Assembly: GCA_001801885.1 (NCBI GenBank) | Contig: MGYU01000075.1 | Location: 1-52,668 of the forward strand | DNA: 52,668 bases | Direction: 5' to 3' | Origin: Gammaproteobacteria bacterium RIFCSPLOWO2_12_47_11 | Lineage (GTDB): Bacteria; Pseudomonadota; Gammaproteobacteria; Eutrophobiales; Eutrophobiaceae | Shown: piece after piece, positions 10,392 through 22,900 of the stretch | How the letters are laid out: each line of letters begins with the position of its first letter | Numbering within the stretch: the stretch's first letter is position 1 | Made by a program: the position numbers and the translations under genes | Notes under the pieces: generated by a model | The model's input: the letters and a program-made list of their open reading frames with translations, nothing else | What the model was told of the DNA's origin: nothing | Databases searched by the model: none

Positions 10392-11572
10392 TGCCAAATG
10401 TAACTATTTTGGGTGCAACGGGCAGCATCGGTGTGAATACCCTGGATGTCATATCGCAACATCAGGACCGGTATAAGGTGTTTGCTCTGACGGCAAACAG
10501 TAATGTAGAGGTGTTGGCAAAACAATGTATTGAGTGGAACCCAAAGTACGCCGTGATGGCTGATGAAGCCTCTGCGGACCAACTAGAACAGAGACTTCGT
10601 GCACAGGGAGTAGGGACGGAGGTTCTGGCAGGACTGGCGGGTCATGAGTATGTCGCCAGGCATGCGGAAACGGATTATGTCATGGCCGCTATCGTGGGCG
10701 CTGCGGGTTTATTGCCAACCCTTGCTGCCGCCCGTGCCGGGAAACGGGTTTTACTGGCCAACAAGGAGGCCCTGGTCATGTCCGGCCGGTTATTCATGGA
10801 TGCCATCAGGGACCATCATGCCGAATTATTACCGATCGACAGTGAACATAATGCGATTTTTCAGTGCATGCCGGCGGACATATCAAAAGGTCTGGAAAAA
10901 TCCGGTGTAAAACGCATTTTGATAACGGCTTCCGGTGGCCCTTTCCGTACCACCCCGTTGCATGAATTATCGAATATGAATCCTTCACAGGCCTGCGCCC
11001 ACCCCAATTGGGACATGGGACGCAAAATATCTGTGGATTCCGCTACGATGATGAATAAAGGGCTGGAGGTCATTGAGGCCTGTTGGTTATTCAATACCAC
11101 ACCCGAAAATATCCAGGTGGTATTGCATCCCCAGAGCATAATTCATTCCATGGTGGAATATGCGGACGGTTCAGTACTGGCCCAACTGAGTAATCCGGAC
11201 ATGCGCACACCGATCGCCTACGCACTGGCCTGGCCGGAACGCATAGAGGCAGGCGTTGAGCAACTGGATTTGTTTGAAATTGCGCGGCTGGATTTTGAAC
11301 GCCCGGATTATCAGCGTTTCCCCTGTCTGAAACTGGCACAGGAGGCCATGCAGTCAGGTGGTACAGCAACAGCCATATTAAATGCTGCCAATGAAATTGC
11401 GGTGCAGGGATTTCTTGATGGTCACATCCGGTTTACCGATATTGCCAGGATCGTCGAGACCACGCTGGAGCAGGTTTCACATCATGAAGCCAGTAACCTT
11501 GAAATTATCCTGACTGACGATGGGGCCGCCCGTGAATTTTCCATACATCAAATCAGGGAACTGGCAGCATGA
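10391..11572 (+). CDS. dxr: 1-deoxy-D-xylulose 5-phosphate reductoisomerase
   Basis: The protein starts [14 protein letters not shown] (ATG 10391, overlapping the cdsA stop as TAATG). It also has [17 protein letters not shown] and NKGLEVIEA. The track start at 10370 is probably an upstream artefact. Confidence 0.94.
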   Translation: MPNVTILGATGSIGVNTLDVISQHQDRYKVFALTANSNVEVLAKQCIEWNPKYAVMADEASADQLEQRLRAQGVGTEVLAGLAGHEYVARHAETDYVMAAIVGAAGLLPTLAAARAGKRVLLANKEALVMSGRLFMDAIRDHHAELLPIDSEHNAIFQCMPADISKGLEKSGVKRILITASGGPFRTTPLHELSNMNPSQACAHPNWDMGRKISVDSATMMNKGLEVIEACWLFNTTPENIQVVLHPQSIIHSMVEYADGSVLAQLSNPDMRTPIAYALAWPERIEAGVEQLDLFEIARLDFERPDYQRFPCLKLAQEAMQSGGTATAILNAANEIAVQGFLDGHIRFTDIARIVETTLEQVSHHEASNLEIILTDDGAAREFSIHQIRELAA

Positions 11573-12927
11573 TGGATTTTATTCAAAACCTGCTGGCTTT
11601 TATCGTTGCGCTCGGCATTCTCATCTCCTTTCATGAGTATGGTCATTTCTGGGTGGCCAGAAAGTGTGATGTGAAAATCCTGCGATTCTCGATTGGGTTT
11701 GGCCGGCCATTATGGAAAAGGTATTTTGGCAGTGACAGGACTGAACTGGTCCTGGCCGCCATCCCGCTGGGTGGTTATGTAAAAATGCTGGATGAACGTG
11801 AGGGCACTGTTCCACCACAGGATTTAAACCGCGCTTTTAATCGAAAACCCCTGGGTCAGCGGACTGCGATTGTGCTCGCGGGCCCCATCTTTAATTTTAT
11901 ATTTGCCATTTTCGCTTACTGGATGATGTATATGGTAGGCCTGACGGGTTTAAAGCCCATTGTCGGTGAAATCAGTCCGGCTTCAATTGCCGCCAGTGCC
12001 GGTATCAAACCCGATGATGAGATCGTTGCTGTTGGTCCACGCAAGACAGCCACCTGGACCATGGTCGTAGATGCCTTGCTTAACGATATTATGCGTACCA
12101 GTGAAGTAAAATTTACCTTGCATAATCCACAGAATCGGGAGCGGGAGGTATGGGTTAATATCAAAACGATATCAATAGATGATATTGCCGAGACAGGCAT
12201 ACTGGAAACACTCGGAATCAAACCCAAGCAATTAGTGGTGCCGGCCATTATTGGTGATATACAAAACGGTCTTGCCGCTGACCGGGCCGGGCTAAAATCC
12301 GGTGATCAAATCCTTGCAGTTGATGGTCATTCCGTTTCCAGCTGGGCCGGATGGGTAGATTATGTCCGTGCGCATCCCGGACAGATATTGCAGGTAGAGA
12401 TAGAGCGTAATGAAGCACGCCTGACAATATCACTGCAGCCCGAGAGGAAAGAGACTGAATCAGGCGAGATTATCGGCTTTATCGGGGCGGTGAATCAACC
12501 GCCAGAGATGTTGATTGCAGAAGAGTCTTATTCATTATTTCCGGCTTTCGCCAAGGCACTGGTTCGAACCTGGGATATGTCGTGGTTGACGTTACGGATG
12601 CTGGGTAAAATGCTGACCGGTGATGCTTCAGTCAAGAATCTCAGTGGTCCCATCAGTATCGCCCAGTATGCCGGGCAATCCGCGCAAAATGGCATTGCAG
12701 CGTTTCTCTGGTTTCTTGGTATAGTCAGTGTCAGTCTCGGGGTACTGAATTTGTTGCCGGTCCCGTTACTGGATGGCGGACATTTAATGTATTACCTAGT
12801 AGAATTCGTGAAAGGCAATCCTGTGTCAGAGTCTGCACAGATCATCGGACAACAGATAGGGCTGACGCTATTATTCGGTCTGATGATACTGGTATTTTAT
12901 AACGATATTATGCGTCTATTTGGATAA
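11569..12927 (+). CDS. rseP: sigma-E protease regulator RseP (site-2 zinc metalloprotease)
   Basis: An HEYGHF zinc motif lies in TM1, PDZ-like central regions are present, and the C terminus has [12 protein letters not shown]. Its start overlaps the dxr stop. Confidence 0.93.
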   Translation: MMDFIQNLLAFIVALGILISFHEYGHFWVARKCDVKILRFSIGFGRPLWKRYFGSDRTELVLAAIPLGGYVKMLDEREGTVPPQDLNRAFNRKPLGQRTAIVLAGPIFNFIFAIFAYWMMYMVGLTGLKPIVGEISPASIAASAGIKPDDEIVAVGPRKTATWTMVVDALLNDIMRTSEVKFTLHNPQNREREVWVNIKTISIDDIAETGILETLGIKPKQLVVPAIIGDIQNGLAADRAGLKSGDQILAVDGHSVSSWAGWVDYVRAHPGQILQVEIERNEARLTISLQPERKETESGEIIGFIGAVNQPPEMLIAEESYSLFPAFAKALVRTWDMSWLTLRMLGKMLTGDASVKNLSGPISIAQYAGQSAQNGIAAFLWFLGIVSVSLGVLNLLPVPLLDGGHLMYYLVEFVKGNPVSESAQIIGQQIGLTLLFGLMILVFYNDIMRLFG

Positions 12928-12956
12928 GCATAGATAAAAATATAAATAACAATAAT

Positions 12957-15266
12957 ATGCAAAATAAACTTAATACTTTAGTTTATATATTTGTTCTGTT
13001 GCTTAGCAATTTTTCCGCCCACGCCGTTGATCAGTTCACGATTGAGGACATCCGGGTAGAGGGATTACAGCGCATCACCCCGGGTACCGTATTTAATTAT
13101 TTGCCCATGAAGGTCGGGGATACTTTTGATGATACCCGCTCTGCAGAAGCGGTCAGGGCCCTGTTCAAGACCGGTTTTTTTGATGATGTGCGCCTGGAGC
13201 GGGATGGCGGTGTGCTGGTATTCATTATCAAGGAACGCCCGGCCATTGGCAGCATCACCATGAACGGAAACAAGGACATTAAATCAGAAGACCTGCTGAC
13301 CAGCCTCAGGCAGATAGGTTTTGCCGAGGGCCGCATATTTAACCAGGCACAACTGGATGGCCTGGAACAGGAACTCAGGCGTCAATATTTTTCTCTCGGC
13401 AAATATTCAGTTGATGTGAAATCCAACGTTATACCGCTGGAGGATAACCGGGTAGACGTAATTATCGATATTTCTGAAGGTATTGCTGCCAAGATACGTC
13501 AGATCAATATAGTGGGGAATGATTCTTTCAAGGAGAAACAATTGCGCAAGCAATTCAAGCTAAGCACACCCACCATGTTTTCGTTTTTTACGAAAACCGA
13601 TCAATATTCCAGGGAAAAACTAGGCGCCGATTTGGAATCACTGCGCACATTTTATCTGGATCGCGGTTATATCAACTTTAATGTGGAATCAACCCAGGTT
13701 TCGATTACACCGGATAAAAAGGACATCTATATCACTATTAATATACTTGAAGGCGAACTCCATACCATTTCCGGGATCAAGCTGGCGGGAGAATTCATAT
13801 TACCTGAAGAAGAATTATTCAAGGTTATCAATGTAAAACAGGGCGAACTTTTTTCCCGTCTCAAATTAACCAAAACGACTGAAGCCATCACCAATCTGCT
13901 GGGTGATGAAGGATATGCATTTGCCAATGTCAACGGCATTCCTGATATCGACGGGAAAAACAAAACAGTAGCCATTACTTTTTTTGTTGACCCCGGCAAA
14001 CGTTCCTATGTACGCCGGATCAACTTCAGTGGCAATACCAAGACCAGGGATGAAGTGCTCAGGCGGGAAATGCGGCAACCCGAAAGTGGCTGGATATCCA
14101 CGCAGAAGGTTGAACGGGGCAAGGTGCGATTGCAACGGCTGGGGTATTTCAGCGAAGTCAATGTCGAAACGCCGGCTGTGCCTGGCACCACTGATCAGGT
14201 TGATGTGAATTATACTGTAGTGGAACAACAATCCGGAAGATTTTCTGCCGGTATTGGTTTCTCGCAGAGCGCCGGTCTTATCTTCCAGACCAGTATTACC
14301 CAGGACAATTTTCTGGGCAGCGGCAAGTTCGTCGGTTTTGATTTCAATAACAGTGAAATTAACCGGCGATTTGGCCTGAGTTATACTAATCCTTACTGGA
14401 CGGTGGACGGGATCAGCCGTGGTTTTAGCGGCTTTTACCGGGAGACTGATGCGCAGAATGCCAACCTCACGGCATTCGAGTCCACTGTATTTGGCGGGGG
14501 CATGAATTTTGGTATACCCGTTACCGAGTTTAATTTTTTGTTTAGCTCATTCAGTTATGAAAATACCGAAATCAGCAGGCTTAATACTGCCGCAACCCAG
14601 GTCACGGATTTTTGTGCGAGTAATGCCAGTATCAATGATTGTACGTTCGACATTTTCAGGCTGATCAACCGGTTTACATATGATACCCGCAACAAGGCTA
14701 TTTTCCCTGATCGAGGTATGTTGCATTCCATAGAGGGGGAAGTTGGCCTGCCGTTCATCGGTAATTCTGTGAAATTCTACAAGATTGACTACAAGACCCA
14801 ATGGTATACAAATTTTTATGAGGATTATGTTGTTACCCTGAAGGGTAATGCTTCTTATGGTGATGCCTATTCAGATACATCCAAAATGCCTTTCTTTGAA
14901 AATTTCTATGCCGGTGGTCCCCGCTCTGTCAGGGGCTATGAAGATAATACTCTGGGCCCGCTGGATTCGAATAACCAGCCCTTGGGGGGCAACTTCAGGC
15001 TGACCGGTGGTGCAGAAGTGATACTACCTCTGCCTTTTTTCAAGGACGTAAAATCAGTACGTATTTCCGGGTTCTTTGATGCAGGCAATGTGTACGATCT
15101 GGACAGAGAGAGTATTGATTTTGGCACGCTGAGATATTCTGCCGGATTGAGTGGCATTTGGGTGTCACCTTTTGGTATAGTAAGCGTCAGTGTTGCTCAA
15201 CCATTTAACGATGAATCGACTGACCGGTTACAACCATTCCAGTTCACTTTTGGTTCTTCTTTCTAG
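12957..15266 (+). CDS. bamA: outer membrane protein assembly factor BamA
   Basis: 769 aa with a signal peptide, POTRA repeats (IEDIRVEGLQRI..) and a C-terminal beta-barrel ending FQFTFGSSF. Confidence 0.95.
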   Translation: MQNKLNTLVYIFVLLLSNFSAHAVDQFTIEDIRVEGLQRITPGTVFNYLPMKVGDTFDDTRSAEAVRALFKTGFFDDVRLERDGGVLVFIIKERPAIGSITMNGNKDIKSEDLLTSLRQIGFAEGRIFNQAQLDGLEQELRRQYFSLGKYSVDVKSNVIPLEDNRVDVIIDISEGIAAKIRQINIVGNDSFKEKQLRKQFKLSTPTMFSFFTKTDQYSREKLGADLESLRTFYLDRGYINFNVESTQVSITPDKKDIYITINILEGELHTISGIKLAGEFILPEEELFKVINVKQGELFSRLKLTKTTEAITNLLGDEGYAFANVNGIPDIDGKNKTVAITFFVDPGKRSYVRRINFSGNTKTRDEVLRREMRQPESGWISTQKVERGKVRLQRLGYFSEVNVETPAVPGTTDQVDVNYTVVEQQSGRFSAGIGFSQSAGLIFQTSITQDNFLGSGKFVGFDFNNSEINRRFGLSYTNPYWTVDGISRGFSGFYRETDAQNANLTAFESTVFGGGMNFGIPVTEFNFLFSSFSYENTEISRLNTAATQVTDFCASNASINDCTFDIFRLINRFTYDTRNKAIFPDRGMLHSIEGEVGLPFIGNSVKFYKIDYKTQWYTNFYEDYVVTLKGNASYGDAYSDTSKMPFFENFYAGGPRSVRGYEDNTLGPLDSNNQPLGGNFRLTGGAEVILPLPFFKDVKSVRISGFFDAGNVYDLDRESIDFGTLRYSAGLSGIWVSPFGIVSVSVAQPFNDESTDRLQPFQFTFGSSF

Positions 15267-15292
15267 CTTCTTATGGAGTCTATGCAATTTAT

Positions 15293-15799
15293 ATGAATAC
15301 CATTTCCCGTTTATTGATGATTTTGCTGTTAACAATCCCGTTCCAGACTGTTAATGCTGAGGACTATAAATTAGGCGCCGTGAATGCCATACGTGTGCTT
15401 GAAAAATCGCCGCAGGCAGATACCGCAAGAGGTATAATTGAAAAGGAGTTTGCCCCCAGGGACGCGCAACTGGTAGCACAACAGAAGGAAATCAAGGCAA
15501 TGGAAGATAAAGTAGTCAAGGACGGGGCGATAATGAGTGAAGATGAACGCAGTAAACTGGAGCGTGATATTATCAACAAGAAACGCGACCTGAAACGCGA
15601 ACAGGATGAATTCAGGGAAGATTTTAATTTCAGGAGAAATGAAGAATTTGCCAATATCCAGAGGGACATCGTAGCTGCGATCCAGCAGGTTGCCAAAGAT
15701 AACAACTATGATGTGGTTTTAAGCGACGGGGTTATCTATGCCAGTCCCAAGGTTGATATCAGTGATCTGGTGATTGAATATCTTAAAAAACCGAAATAA
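15293..15799 (+). CDS. skp: periplasmic chaperone Skp (OmpH family)
   Basis: 168 aa with a signal peptide and a charged coiled-coil body. It occupies the canonical position between bamA and lpxD. Confidence 0.88.
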   Translation: MNTISRLLMILLLTIPFQTVNAEDYKLGAVNAIRVLEKSPQADTARGIIEKEFAPRDAQLVAQQKEIKAMEDKVVKDGAIMSEDERSKLERDIINKKRDLKREQDEFREDFNFRRNEEFANIQRDIVAAIQQVAKDNNYDVVLSDGVIYASPKVDISDLVIEYLKKPK

Positions 15800-15850
15800 T
15801 GAGTCTTGCCCGGGTCTGGTATGAAGTTAATTTTTTAATCGTTATGTATC

Positions 15851-16864
15851 ATGACACTTACTCTTGGGGAAATCGCCAGACACATAAAAGCTGAGTTGTA
15901 CGGCGCCCCTGAATATGAGATACATGCAATCAATACCCTGCAAAAAGCATCTACAGGTGAAATCAGTTTTTTTTCCAACAGGCGTTATTTAACCTGGCTG
16001 AAATCAACCACTGCATCGGCCGTTATCCTCAGCAAGGAAGACCGGGAGCTTTGTCCAACAGCCACGCTTGTTGTAGATAATCCCTATCTTGCTTATGCCT
16101 TTACCGCCAGACTTTTGTATCCCGAGCCAGAGCACAAACCCGGGATCAGTTCATCCGCGCATATTGATCCTTCAGCCAAAATACATTCGACTGCCTTTAT
16201 AGGTCCACACGTCACCATCGGCACCGATACTATTATCACAGAAAATGTGTTCATAGGGGCAGGATCTGTTATCGGCAATAACGTGATTATCGGTACAAAC
16301 AGCAAACTGTACGCAAATGTTGTGATGTATGATGGTGTAAAAACAGGTGAGCGTGTCATATTACACTCCGGTGTAGTTATTGGTGCCGATGGTTTCGGGA
16401 TTGCAAATAACAAAGGGCGATGGGTCAAGATTCCCCAGATTGGAAGTGTAGTCATCGGCAATGATGTTGAGATAGGGGCCAATACAACGGTAGATCGTGG
16501 CGCCCTGGATAATACCATCATTGATGACGGGGTAAAGATAGATAATCAGGTACAGGTGGGACATAACGTACATATAGAAGAACACACGGCGATTGCCGGA
16601 TGTGTGGCCATTGCCGGTAGCACCCGAATTGGCAAACGCTGTATTATAGGCGGAGCCTGCGGGATCAGCGGACATATTGAAATTGCTGATGATGTTACAT
16701 TGATGGGGATGACCGGAGTGGCAAACTCAATCAAGGAGTCTGGTGTTTATGCCTCTGTCATCCCTGCGATGGATGTAAAGCTATGGAGAAAAAATGCTGT
16801 GAGCTTCAAACAATTGCATACATTTGCCACACGCATCAGAAAAATTGAAGATAACAACCAATAA
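15851..16864 (+). CDS. lpxD: UDP-3-O-acylglucosamine N-acyltransferase
   Basis: Left-handed beta-helix hexapeptide repeats throughout. N-terminal FFSNRRY motif and GFG..N..G.W.KIPQ.G.V.IG motif. Confidence 0.94.
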   Translation: MTLTLGEIARHIKAELYGAPEYEIHAINTLQKASTGEISFFSNRRYLTWLKSTTASAVILSKEDRELCPTATLVVDNPYLAYAFTARLLYPEPEHKPGISSSAHIDPSAKIHSTAFIGPHVTIGTDTIITENVFIGAGSVIGNNVIIGTNSKLYANVVMYDGVKTGERVILHSGVVIGADGFGIANNKGRWVKIPQIGSVVIGNDVEIGANTTVDRGALDNTIIDDGVKIDNQVQVGHNVHIEEHTAIAGCVAIAGSTRIGKRCIIGGACGISGHIEIADDVTLMGMTGVANSIKESGVYASVIPAMDVKLWRKNAVSFKQLHTFATRIRKIEDNNQ

Positions 16865-16882
16865 AACTGAAAGATCACAAGA

Positions 16883-17332
16883 ATGGGTACACTCAACATC
16901 CAACAAATCAAGCATTTCCTGCCTCATCGTTATCCATTTTTGCTTATCGACAGGGTATTGTCCTATGATCCATATAAATCAATCCTTGCTGTCAAGAATA
17001 TTACAGTCAATGAGCCTTTTTTCCAGGGGCATTTCCCGGTCAAACCGATAATGCCCGGGGTGCTCATAATAGAAGCAATGGCACAAGCGGCAGCATTACT
17101 TGGGTGTGTTTCCACATCAGAAGTTAACAGGGATGGCAATCTGTATTACCTGGTTGGTGTCAATGATGTGCGTTTCAAGCGTCCGGTTGAACCGGGTGAT
17201 CAATTGATGCTGGATGTCCAGTTTGACAAGGTGCGACAAAACCTGTGGAAGTTTCATGCGACAGCGACTGTGGATGAGCATTTTATTGCCTCTGCAGTAT
17301 TGTTAACGACTGTTATGGAACCTGATTCTTGA
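16883..17332 (+). CDS. fabZ: 3-hydroxyacyl-ACP dehydratase FabZ
   Basis: [37 protein letters not shown]. Confidence 0.95.
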   Translation: MGTLNIQQIKHFLPHRYPFLLIDRVLSYDPYKSILAVKNITVNEPFFQGHFPVKPIMPGVLIIEAMAQAAALLGCVSTSEVNRDGNLYYLVGVNDVRFKRPVEPGDQLMLDVQFDKVRQNLWKFHATATVDEHFIASAVLLTTVMEPDS

Positions 17333-18102
17333 TTCATTCAACTGTCCTCATTGATCCAGATGCCCGGATTGGTGAAAACGTTTCAATCGGGCCATATTCT
17401 GTTATCGGGCAGGATGTAACTATAGGTGAGGATACCTGGATAGGTTCGCATGTGGTTATTAAAGGGCCCACCAAAATTGGTAAATCCAACAGAATATTTC
17501 AGTTCTGTTCCATAGGCGATGATCCCCAGGATAAAAAATTCAACAACGACAGCAATTCCATGCTGGAGATCGGTGACCATAATGTCATACGCGAATACTG
17601 CACGATAAACCGGGGTACTGACCATGGTGGCGGCAAGACCATCATAGGCAATGACAACTGGATCATGGCCTATGTCCACATTGCACACGATTGTAATATT
17701 GGAAGTAATATTATATTTGCCAATAACACAACCCTCGCCGGACATGTGATTGTAGATGATTATGCGATCTTCGGTGGTTTTACCGGGATACATCAATTCT
17801 GCCAGATAGGAAAACACTGTTTTACCGCAATAGCTTCTGTGGTTGTCAAAGATGTGCCACCTTATCTGATAATCTCCGGTAATACAGCCAGGCCTAATGG
17901 ACTGAACCGGGAAGGACTGAAAAGGCATGGTTTTAAAACCGAAACAATTAATTTATTACGCAAGGCCTATAAAATTGTGTACCGGGAAGGACTGACCGTA
18001 ACACTGGCCCTGGAAAAATTACAGGATCTGGCCGTAAAATCCGCAGAGGTCAGATATTTTGCTGAATTTATCTCACAATCGAAGCGTGGGATAGTGCGTT
18101 AG
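17329..18102 (+). CDS. lpxA: acyl-ACP--UDP-N-acetylglucosamine O-acyltransferase
   Basis: Hexapeptide repeats, GGFTGIHQFCQIG and NREGLKRHGF. The TTG start overlaps the fabZ stop. Confidence 0.94.
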   Translation: MIHSTVLIDPDARIGENVSIGPYSVIGQDVTIGEDTWIGSHVVIKGPTKIGKSNRIFQFCSIGDDPQDKKFNNDSNSMLEIGDHNVIREYCTINRGTDHGGGKTIIGNDNWIMAYVHIAHDCNIGSNIIFANNTTLAGHVIVDDYAIFGGFTGIHQFCQIGKHCFTAIASVVVKDVPPYLIISGNTARPNGLNREGLKRHGFKTETINLLRKAYKIVYREGLTVTLALEKLQDLAVKSAEVRYFAEFISQSKRGIVR

Positions 18103-18156
18103 GTTCAAAAAATCTTCTTAATTGATCAATTTAATCTGGTTATAACATAACAGAGC

Positions 18157-19299
18157 ATGCCTTCTATTGGTATTGTTGCCGGTGAAGTGTCGGGGGACAT
18201 ACTGGGCGCTGATTTGATATCTGCGATCAGGAAACAATGTCCTGAAATGCAGTTTATTGGTATTGGCGGTGACAGGATGAAAAGTGCAGGTTGTGATTGC
18301 CTCTATCCGGTAGAAAAGCTGTCCGTGATGGGTATCTCAGAGGTATTTCGTCATTTCCGGGAATTGTCAAGTGTACGTAATTCCATCAGGGGCCATTTTT
18401 TGAATAATCGCCCTGATGTATTTATCGGTATTGATGCCCCTGATTTCAATTTTCCCCTGGAGCGGATATTACATAATGCGGGTATCAAAACCATCCATTA
18501 TGTCAGCCCTTCGATATGGGCCTGGCGTGAATATCGTCTGAAATCAATTGCTAAATCGGTAAATTTGATGCTGACACTGTTTCCGTTTGAGCCGGCATAT
18601 TACGAGAAATACAATATACCGGTCCGGTTTGTTGGACACCCATTGGCCAGTAAAATTAACCTGGAACCGGATCAGGGGGCTGCCAGAGGACAACTGGGTT
18701 TATCAGAGGCTGACAAAATTATTGCCCTGATGCCAGGCAGCCGAAAAAGTGAATTGGGGAAACTGGTCGAACCATTTTTAAAGACAGCACTATGGTGTAA
18801 TCAGCATGCCGGCCAATTACATTTTGTAGTAAATCTGGTTAATGAAGATACCCGGGAATATTTTGAGGAATGCGTGCGCAAAATCTCACCGGAAATCCAC
18901 TTAACCACATACACCGGGTCATCATTACAAGTGATGGAGGCAGCTGATGTGGTATTACTGGCATCAGGAACTGCCGCACTTGAGGCAATGTTATTGAAAC
19001 GCCCTATGGTGGTTGCTTATAAAGTCAGCTGGCTGACATACCAGATTGCCAAAAGACTCATCAGGGTGCCTTATGTATCACTGCCAAATCTGCTGGCAGG
19101 GAAACAGTTGGTGCCTGAATATCTTCAGGATGATTGCCAGCCTGAAATTATGGGCCAGGCAATACTGGACTGGCTGAATAATACAAACAGTGTTACAAAA
19201 CTGGTTGATGAATTCACGCACATACATAATCGGATCAGGCTGGATTCCGGTGAATTAGCGGCAACAGCAGTACTGGATATGATCAATGCAAGGTCCTGA
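18157..19299 (+). CDS. lpxB: lipid-A-disaccharide synthase
   Basis: [55 protein letters not shown]. Confidence 0.94.
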   Translation: MPSIGIVAGEVSGDILGADLISAIRKQCPEMQFIGIGGDRMKSAGCDCLYPVEKLSVMGISEVFRHFRELSSVRNSIRGHFLNNRPDVFIGIDAPDFNFPLERILHNAGIKTIHYVSPSIWAWREYRLKSIAKSVNLMLTLFPFEPAYYEKYNIPVRFVGHPLASKINLEPDQGAARGQLGLSEADKIIALMPGSRKSELGKLVEPFLKTALWCNQHAGQLHFVVNLVNEDTREYFEECVRKISPEIHLTTYTGSSLQVMEAADVVLLASGTAALEAMLLKRPMVVAYKVSWLTYQIAKRLIRVPYVSLPNLLAGKQLVPEYLQDDCQPEIMGQAILDWLNNTNSVTKLVDEFTHIHNRIRLDSGELAATAVLDMINARS

Positions 19300-19882
19300 G
19301 TACAAGATTCCTGAAAATACGGTTATTGCCGGCGTGGATGAAGTTGGCAGGGGCCCGCTGGCCGGGCCGGTGATTGCAGCAGCAGTCATCCTGGATCCTG
19401 AACGACCCATCTATGGACTGGCAGATTCAAAATCCATCAATGAAAAAAAACGGGAAAAACTGGCACAGGAAATCATGCTGAAATCCAGGGCCTGGGCAAT
19501 AGCACGCGCGGAAGTATATGAAATCGATGAACTCAATATACTTCAGGCCAGCCTTCTGGCCATGTGCCGTTCTGTTGATGCACTTAACATCAAACCCGGA
19601 CTGGTACTGGTCGATGGCAAACATTGTCCAGAGATGGAACTGCCAGTTAAGGCCATTATCAAGGGTGATACAAAAGTAGCCGCAATTTCTGCAGCATCGA
19701 TCATTGCCAAGGTTGCCAGGGACAGGGAAATGACAGACCTTGATCATGAGTATCCAGGATATGGATTTGCAGTTCACAAAGGTTATCCAACCATGGCGCA
19801 TATTCAGGCATTGAAACAACTGGGAGCATGTCCGATTCATCGTCGTTCTTTTGCGCCAGTTAAAAATTTGTCCCAGAATTAA
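19286..19882 (+). CDS. rnhB: ribonuclease HII
   Basis: [36 protein letters not shown]. Overlaps the lpxB 3' end. Confidence 0.94.
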   Translation: MQGPEYKIPENTVIAGVDEVGRGPLAGPVIAAAVILDPERPIYGLADSKSINEKKREKLAQEIMLKSRAWAIARAEVYEIDELNILQASLLAMCRSVDALNIKPGLVLVDGKHCPEMELPVKAIIKGDTKVAAISAASIIAKVARDREMTDLDHEYPGYGFAVHKGYPTMAHIQALKQLGACPIHRRSFAPVKNLSQN

Positions 19883-19904
19883 TATATTTGCAGTTTTCCA
19901 GATA

Positions 19905-22900
19905 ATGCCTGACACATTTGTTCATCTTAATGTCCATACAGAGTTTTCCCTCGTTGATGGCATGTTACGTATTGATGATCTGACAAGTGCCGTCGTACAG
20001 GCAGGCATGCCGGCTTGTGCAGTGACTGAACAGAACAATATGTTCTCAGTGATCAAGTTTTATCGTGCAGCAGAAGCAAAAGGGGTAAAACCTGTTATCG
20101 GTGCTGAAATCGGGGTCATTAACAATGAATCTTCAAATGAAGCCTGCAGAATGACACTGTTATGCCAGAATCTTGATGGTTATCATAACCTCGCAAAACT
20201 TATCACCAGAAGCTATACAGAGTGTCAAATACAGGGCGTTGCCTATGTGAAAAAGGAATGGCTTGCGGCTTATGCGCATGGATTGATTGTGTTATCAGGA
20301 GGCAAGGATGGGGATGTTGGCCAGGCACTTATTTCAGGTAATGAACAACATGCATGTGAATTGCTGCAATACTGGAAGTCTGTTTTCGGGGACAGGTATT
20401 ATCTGGAATTGCAACGTACCGGACGTTCAGGTGAAGAACAATATATCGTGGGTGCTGTTCATCTGGCTGAAAAATATGATATGCCTGTCGTTGCAACCAA
20501 TGATGTAAGGTTTCTTGTGCGGGAGGATCACGAGGCGCACGAGGCCAGGGTTTGTATACAACAGGGTTACACATTGAATGATCCAAGACGCCCCAGGCAA
20601 TACAGTGAGGAACAGTACTTACGGAGCCCACGTGAAATGATTGATCTGTTTCTGGACATACCCGAAGCAGTTGAGAATACACTTATCATTGCAAAACGTT
20701 GTAATCTTGAACTCAAGCTGGGCGAAAATTATTTACCACATTTCCCTGTCCCGGATGGTTATAACCAGGATGATTGGTTACGGCATCAGGCGAAAAAAGG
20801 ACTGGCACATCGCAGTACTGCCGGATTTATATCACCTGAAAAATTTTCTGATTACCAGCAACGCCTGGATAATGAACTTGATGTAATTATCGGTATGGGA
20901 TTTCCAGGTTATTTTCTGATCGTTGCAGACTTTATTCAATGGGCCAAGGATCAGGCAATTCCGGTGGGGCCTGGACGTGGTTCCGGTGCAGGTTCACTGG
21001 TTGCTTATGCGCTGGGAATCACCGAACTTGACCCTCTGCAATATGATCTGCTGTTTGAAAGATTTCTGAACCCTGAGCGTGTATCACTGCCCGATTTCGA
21101 TATTGATTTCTGTATGGACCGGCGTGATGAGGTCATCGATTATGTATCCACCAGTTATGGACGTGATCATGTTTCGCAGATCATTACACACGGTACGATG
21201 GCAGCAAAGGCCGTAGTCAGGGATGTCGGCCGGGTACTGGGTTTCCCTTATGGTTTTGTAGATCAAATTGCAAAACTAGTCCCGTTTGAACTGGATATAA
21301 CACTGGAAAGGGCACTGGAAAAGGAACCGGTTCTTAAACAACGCTACGATCAGGAAGAGAATGTTAATACCCTGATTAACCTGGCATTAAAACTTGAGGG
21401 TCTTGCCAGGAATGCGGGACGGCATGCCGGCGGGATAGTTATAGCACCGGAACCACTGACGCATTATATGCCGCTATATTGTGAACAGGGATCCACAGCC
21501 ACAGTCAGCCAGTTTGATATGGGTGATGTGGAAGCTGTGGGTCTGGTCAAGTTTGATTTTCTTGGTTTGAGAACACTGACTATTATTGACAATACGGTGC
21601 ATGATATTAATCGATCACTAAAGAGTGATGACAAAAAACTGCACATAGCCTCAATCCCCATGAATGATCAGATGGCTTATGATTTAATCAGGCGCACCGA
21701 GACCACGGCAATTTTTCAGCTTGAATCTGATGGGATGAAAAAGCTGATAAAAAGACTGCAACCTGACAGTTTTGATGATCTAATTGCCCTGGTGGCACTG
21801 TTCAGGCCAGGACCATTACAGTCAGGCATGGTTGATGATTATATAGAACGCAAGCATGGCCGGGCCAGGGTGCATTATCTGCACCCGAAACTTGAACATA
21901 TACTGCGCCCTACATATGGAGTAATCCTGTATCAGGAACAGGTCATGCAGATTGCCCAGATACTTGCCGGTTATACACTTGGAGCAGCTGATCTCCTGAG
22001 GCGGGCCATGGGCAAGAAAAAGCCTGAAGAAATGGCAATGCAGAGAGAGATATTTACCAGTGGTGCGGTTGCAAACGGAGTGGATGTCCACATAGCAACC
22101 ACTATTTTTGATTTAATGGAGAAATTTGCCGGTTATGGTTTCAATAAATCACACTCTGCAGCCTATGCGCTAATCGCCTATCAGACAACCTGGCTGAAGG
22201 CCCATTATCCGGCTGCATTCATGGCAGCAGTATTGTCATCTGATATGGATAACACAGACAAGGTGGTTATGTTGCTGGATGAACTTAACCGTATGCAAAT
22301 CAGGCTGGAATTACCGGATGTCAATAAAAGTGCTTACATGTTTACAGTGGAAGACAGTCAGACGATACGTTACGGCCTGGGCGCTATCAAGGGTGTAGGC
22401 AGGGCCGCCATAGACAATATTATCCAGGAACGGGAACGAAACGGGAGTTTTGGCGATCTTTTTGATTTATGCCGCAGGATAGAGCTGAAAAAAGTCAATA
22501 AACGTGTTTTTGAGGCGTTAATCAAGTCCGGCGCAATGGATGCACTCGGACCCGCCAGGAGCAGTCTGATGGCAAGTCTGGGATCTGCGTTACAACTTGC
22601 CGAACAGTCCAAACAGAATGCCATCAGTGGACAGGATGATATGTTCGGACTGGATGAAGTTCTTCATCATGGTCGAAAAGACAATCAAAAATCCGAGTTT
22701 ATTCATGTAGCAGACTGGAGTAATGAGGAGCGGTTGGGTGGAGAAAAGGAAACGTTGGGTATTTATCTGACCGGGCATCCCATCATCCGGTATGAGGAAG
22801 AACTGGATAAATTTATCTCTACCAGATTAAAAGATCTGCGGCCTGGTAATGTAGTGGTGGCGGGTTATATTCACAGAATCAGAAGCCGTTCAGGGATCAG

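Noticed and set aside
12560-12575. GGTTCGAACC, a tRNA T-arm-like string.
   Set aside because: It lies inside the conserved rseP reading frame, and no acceptor or anticodon arms can be drawn around it.
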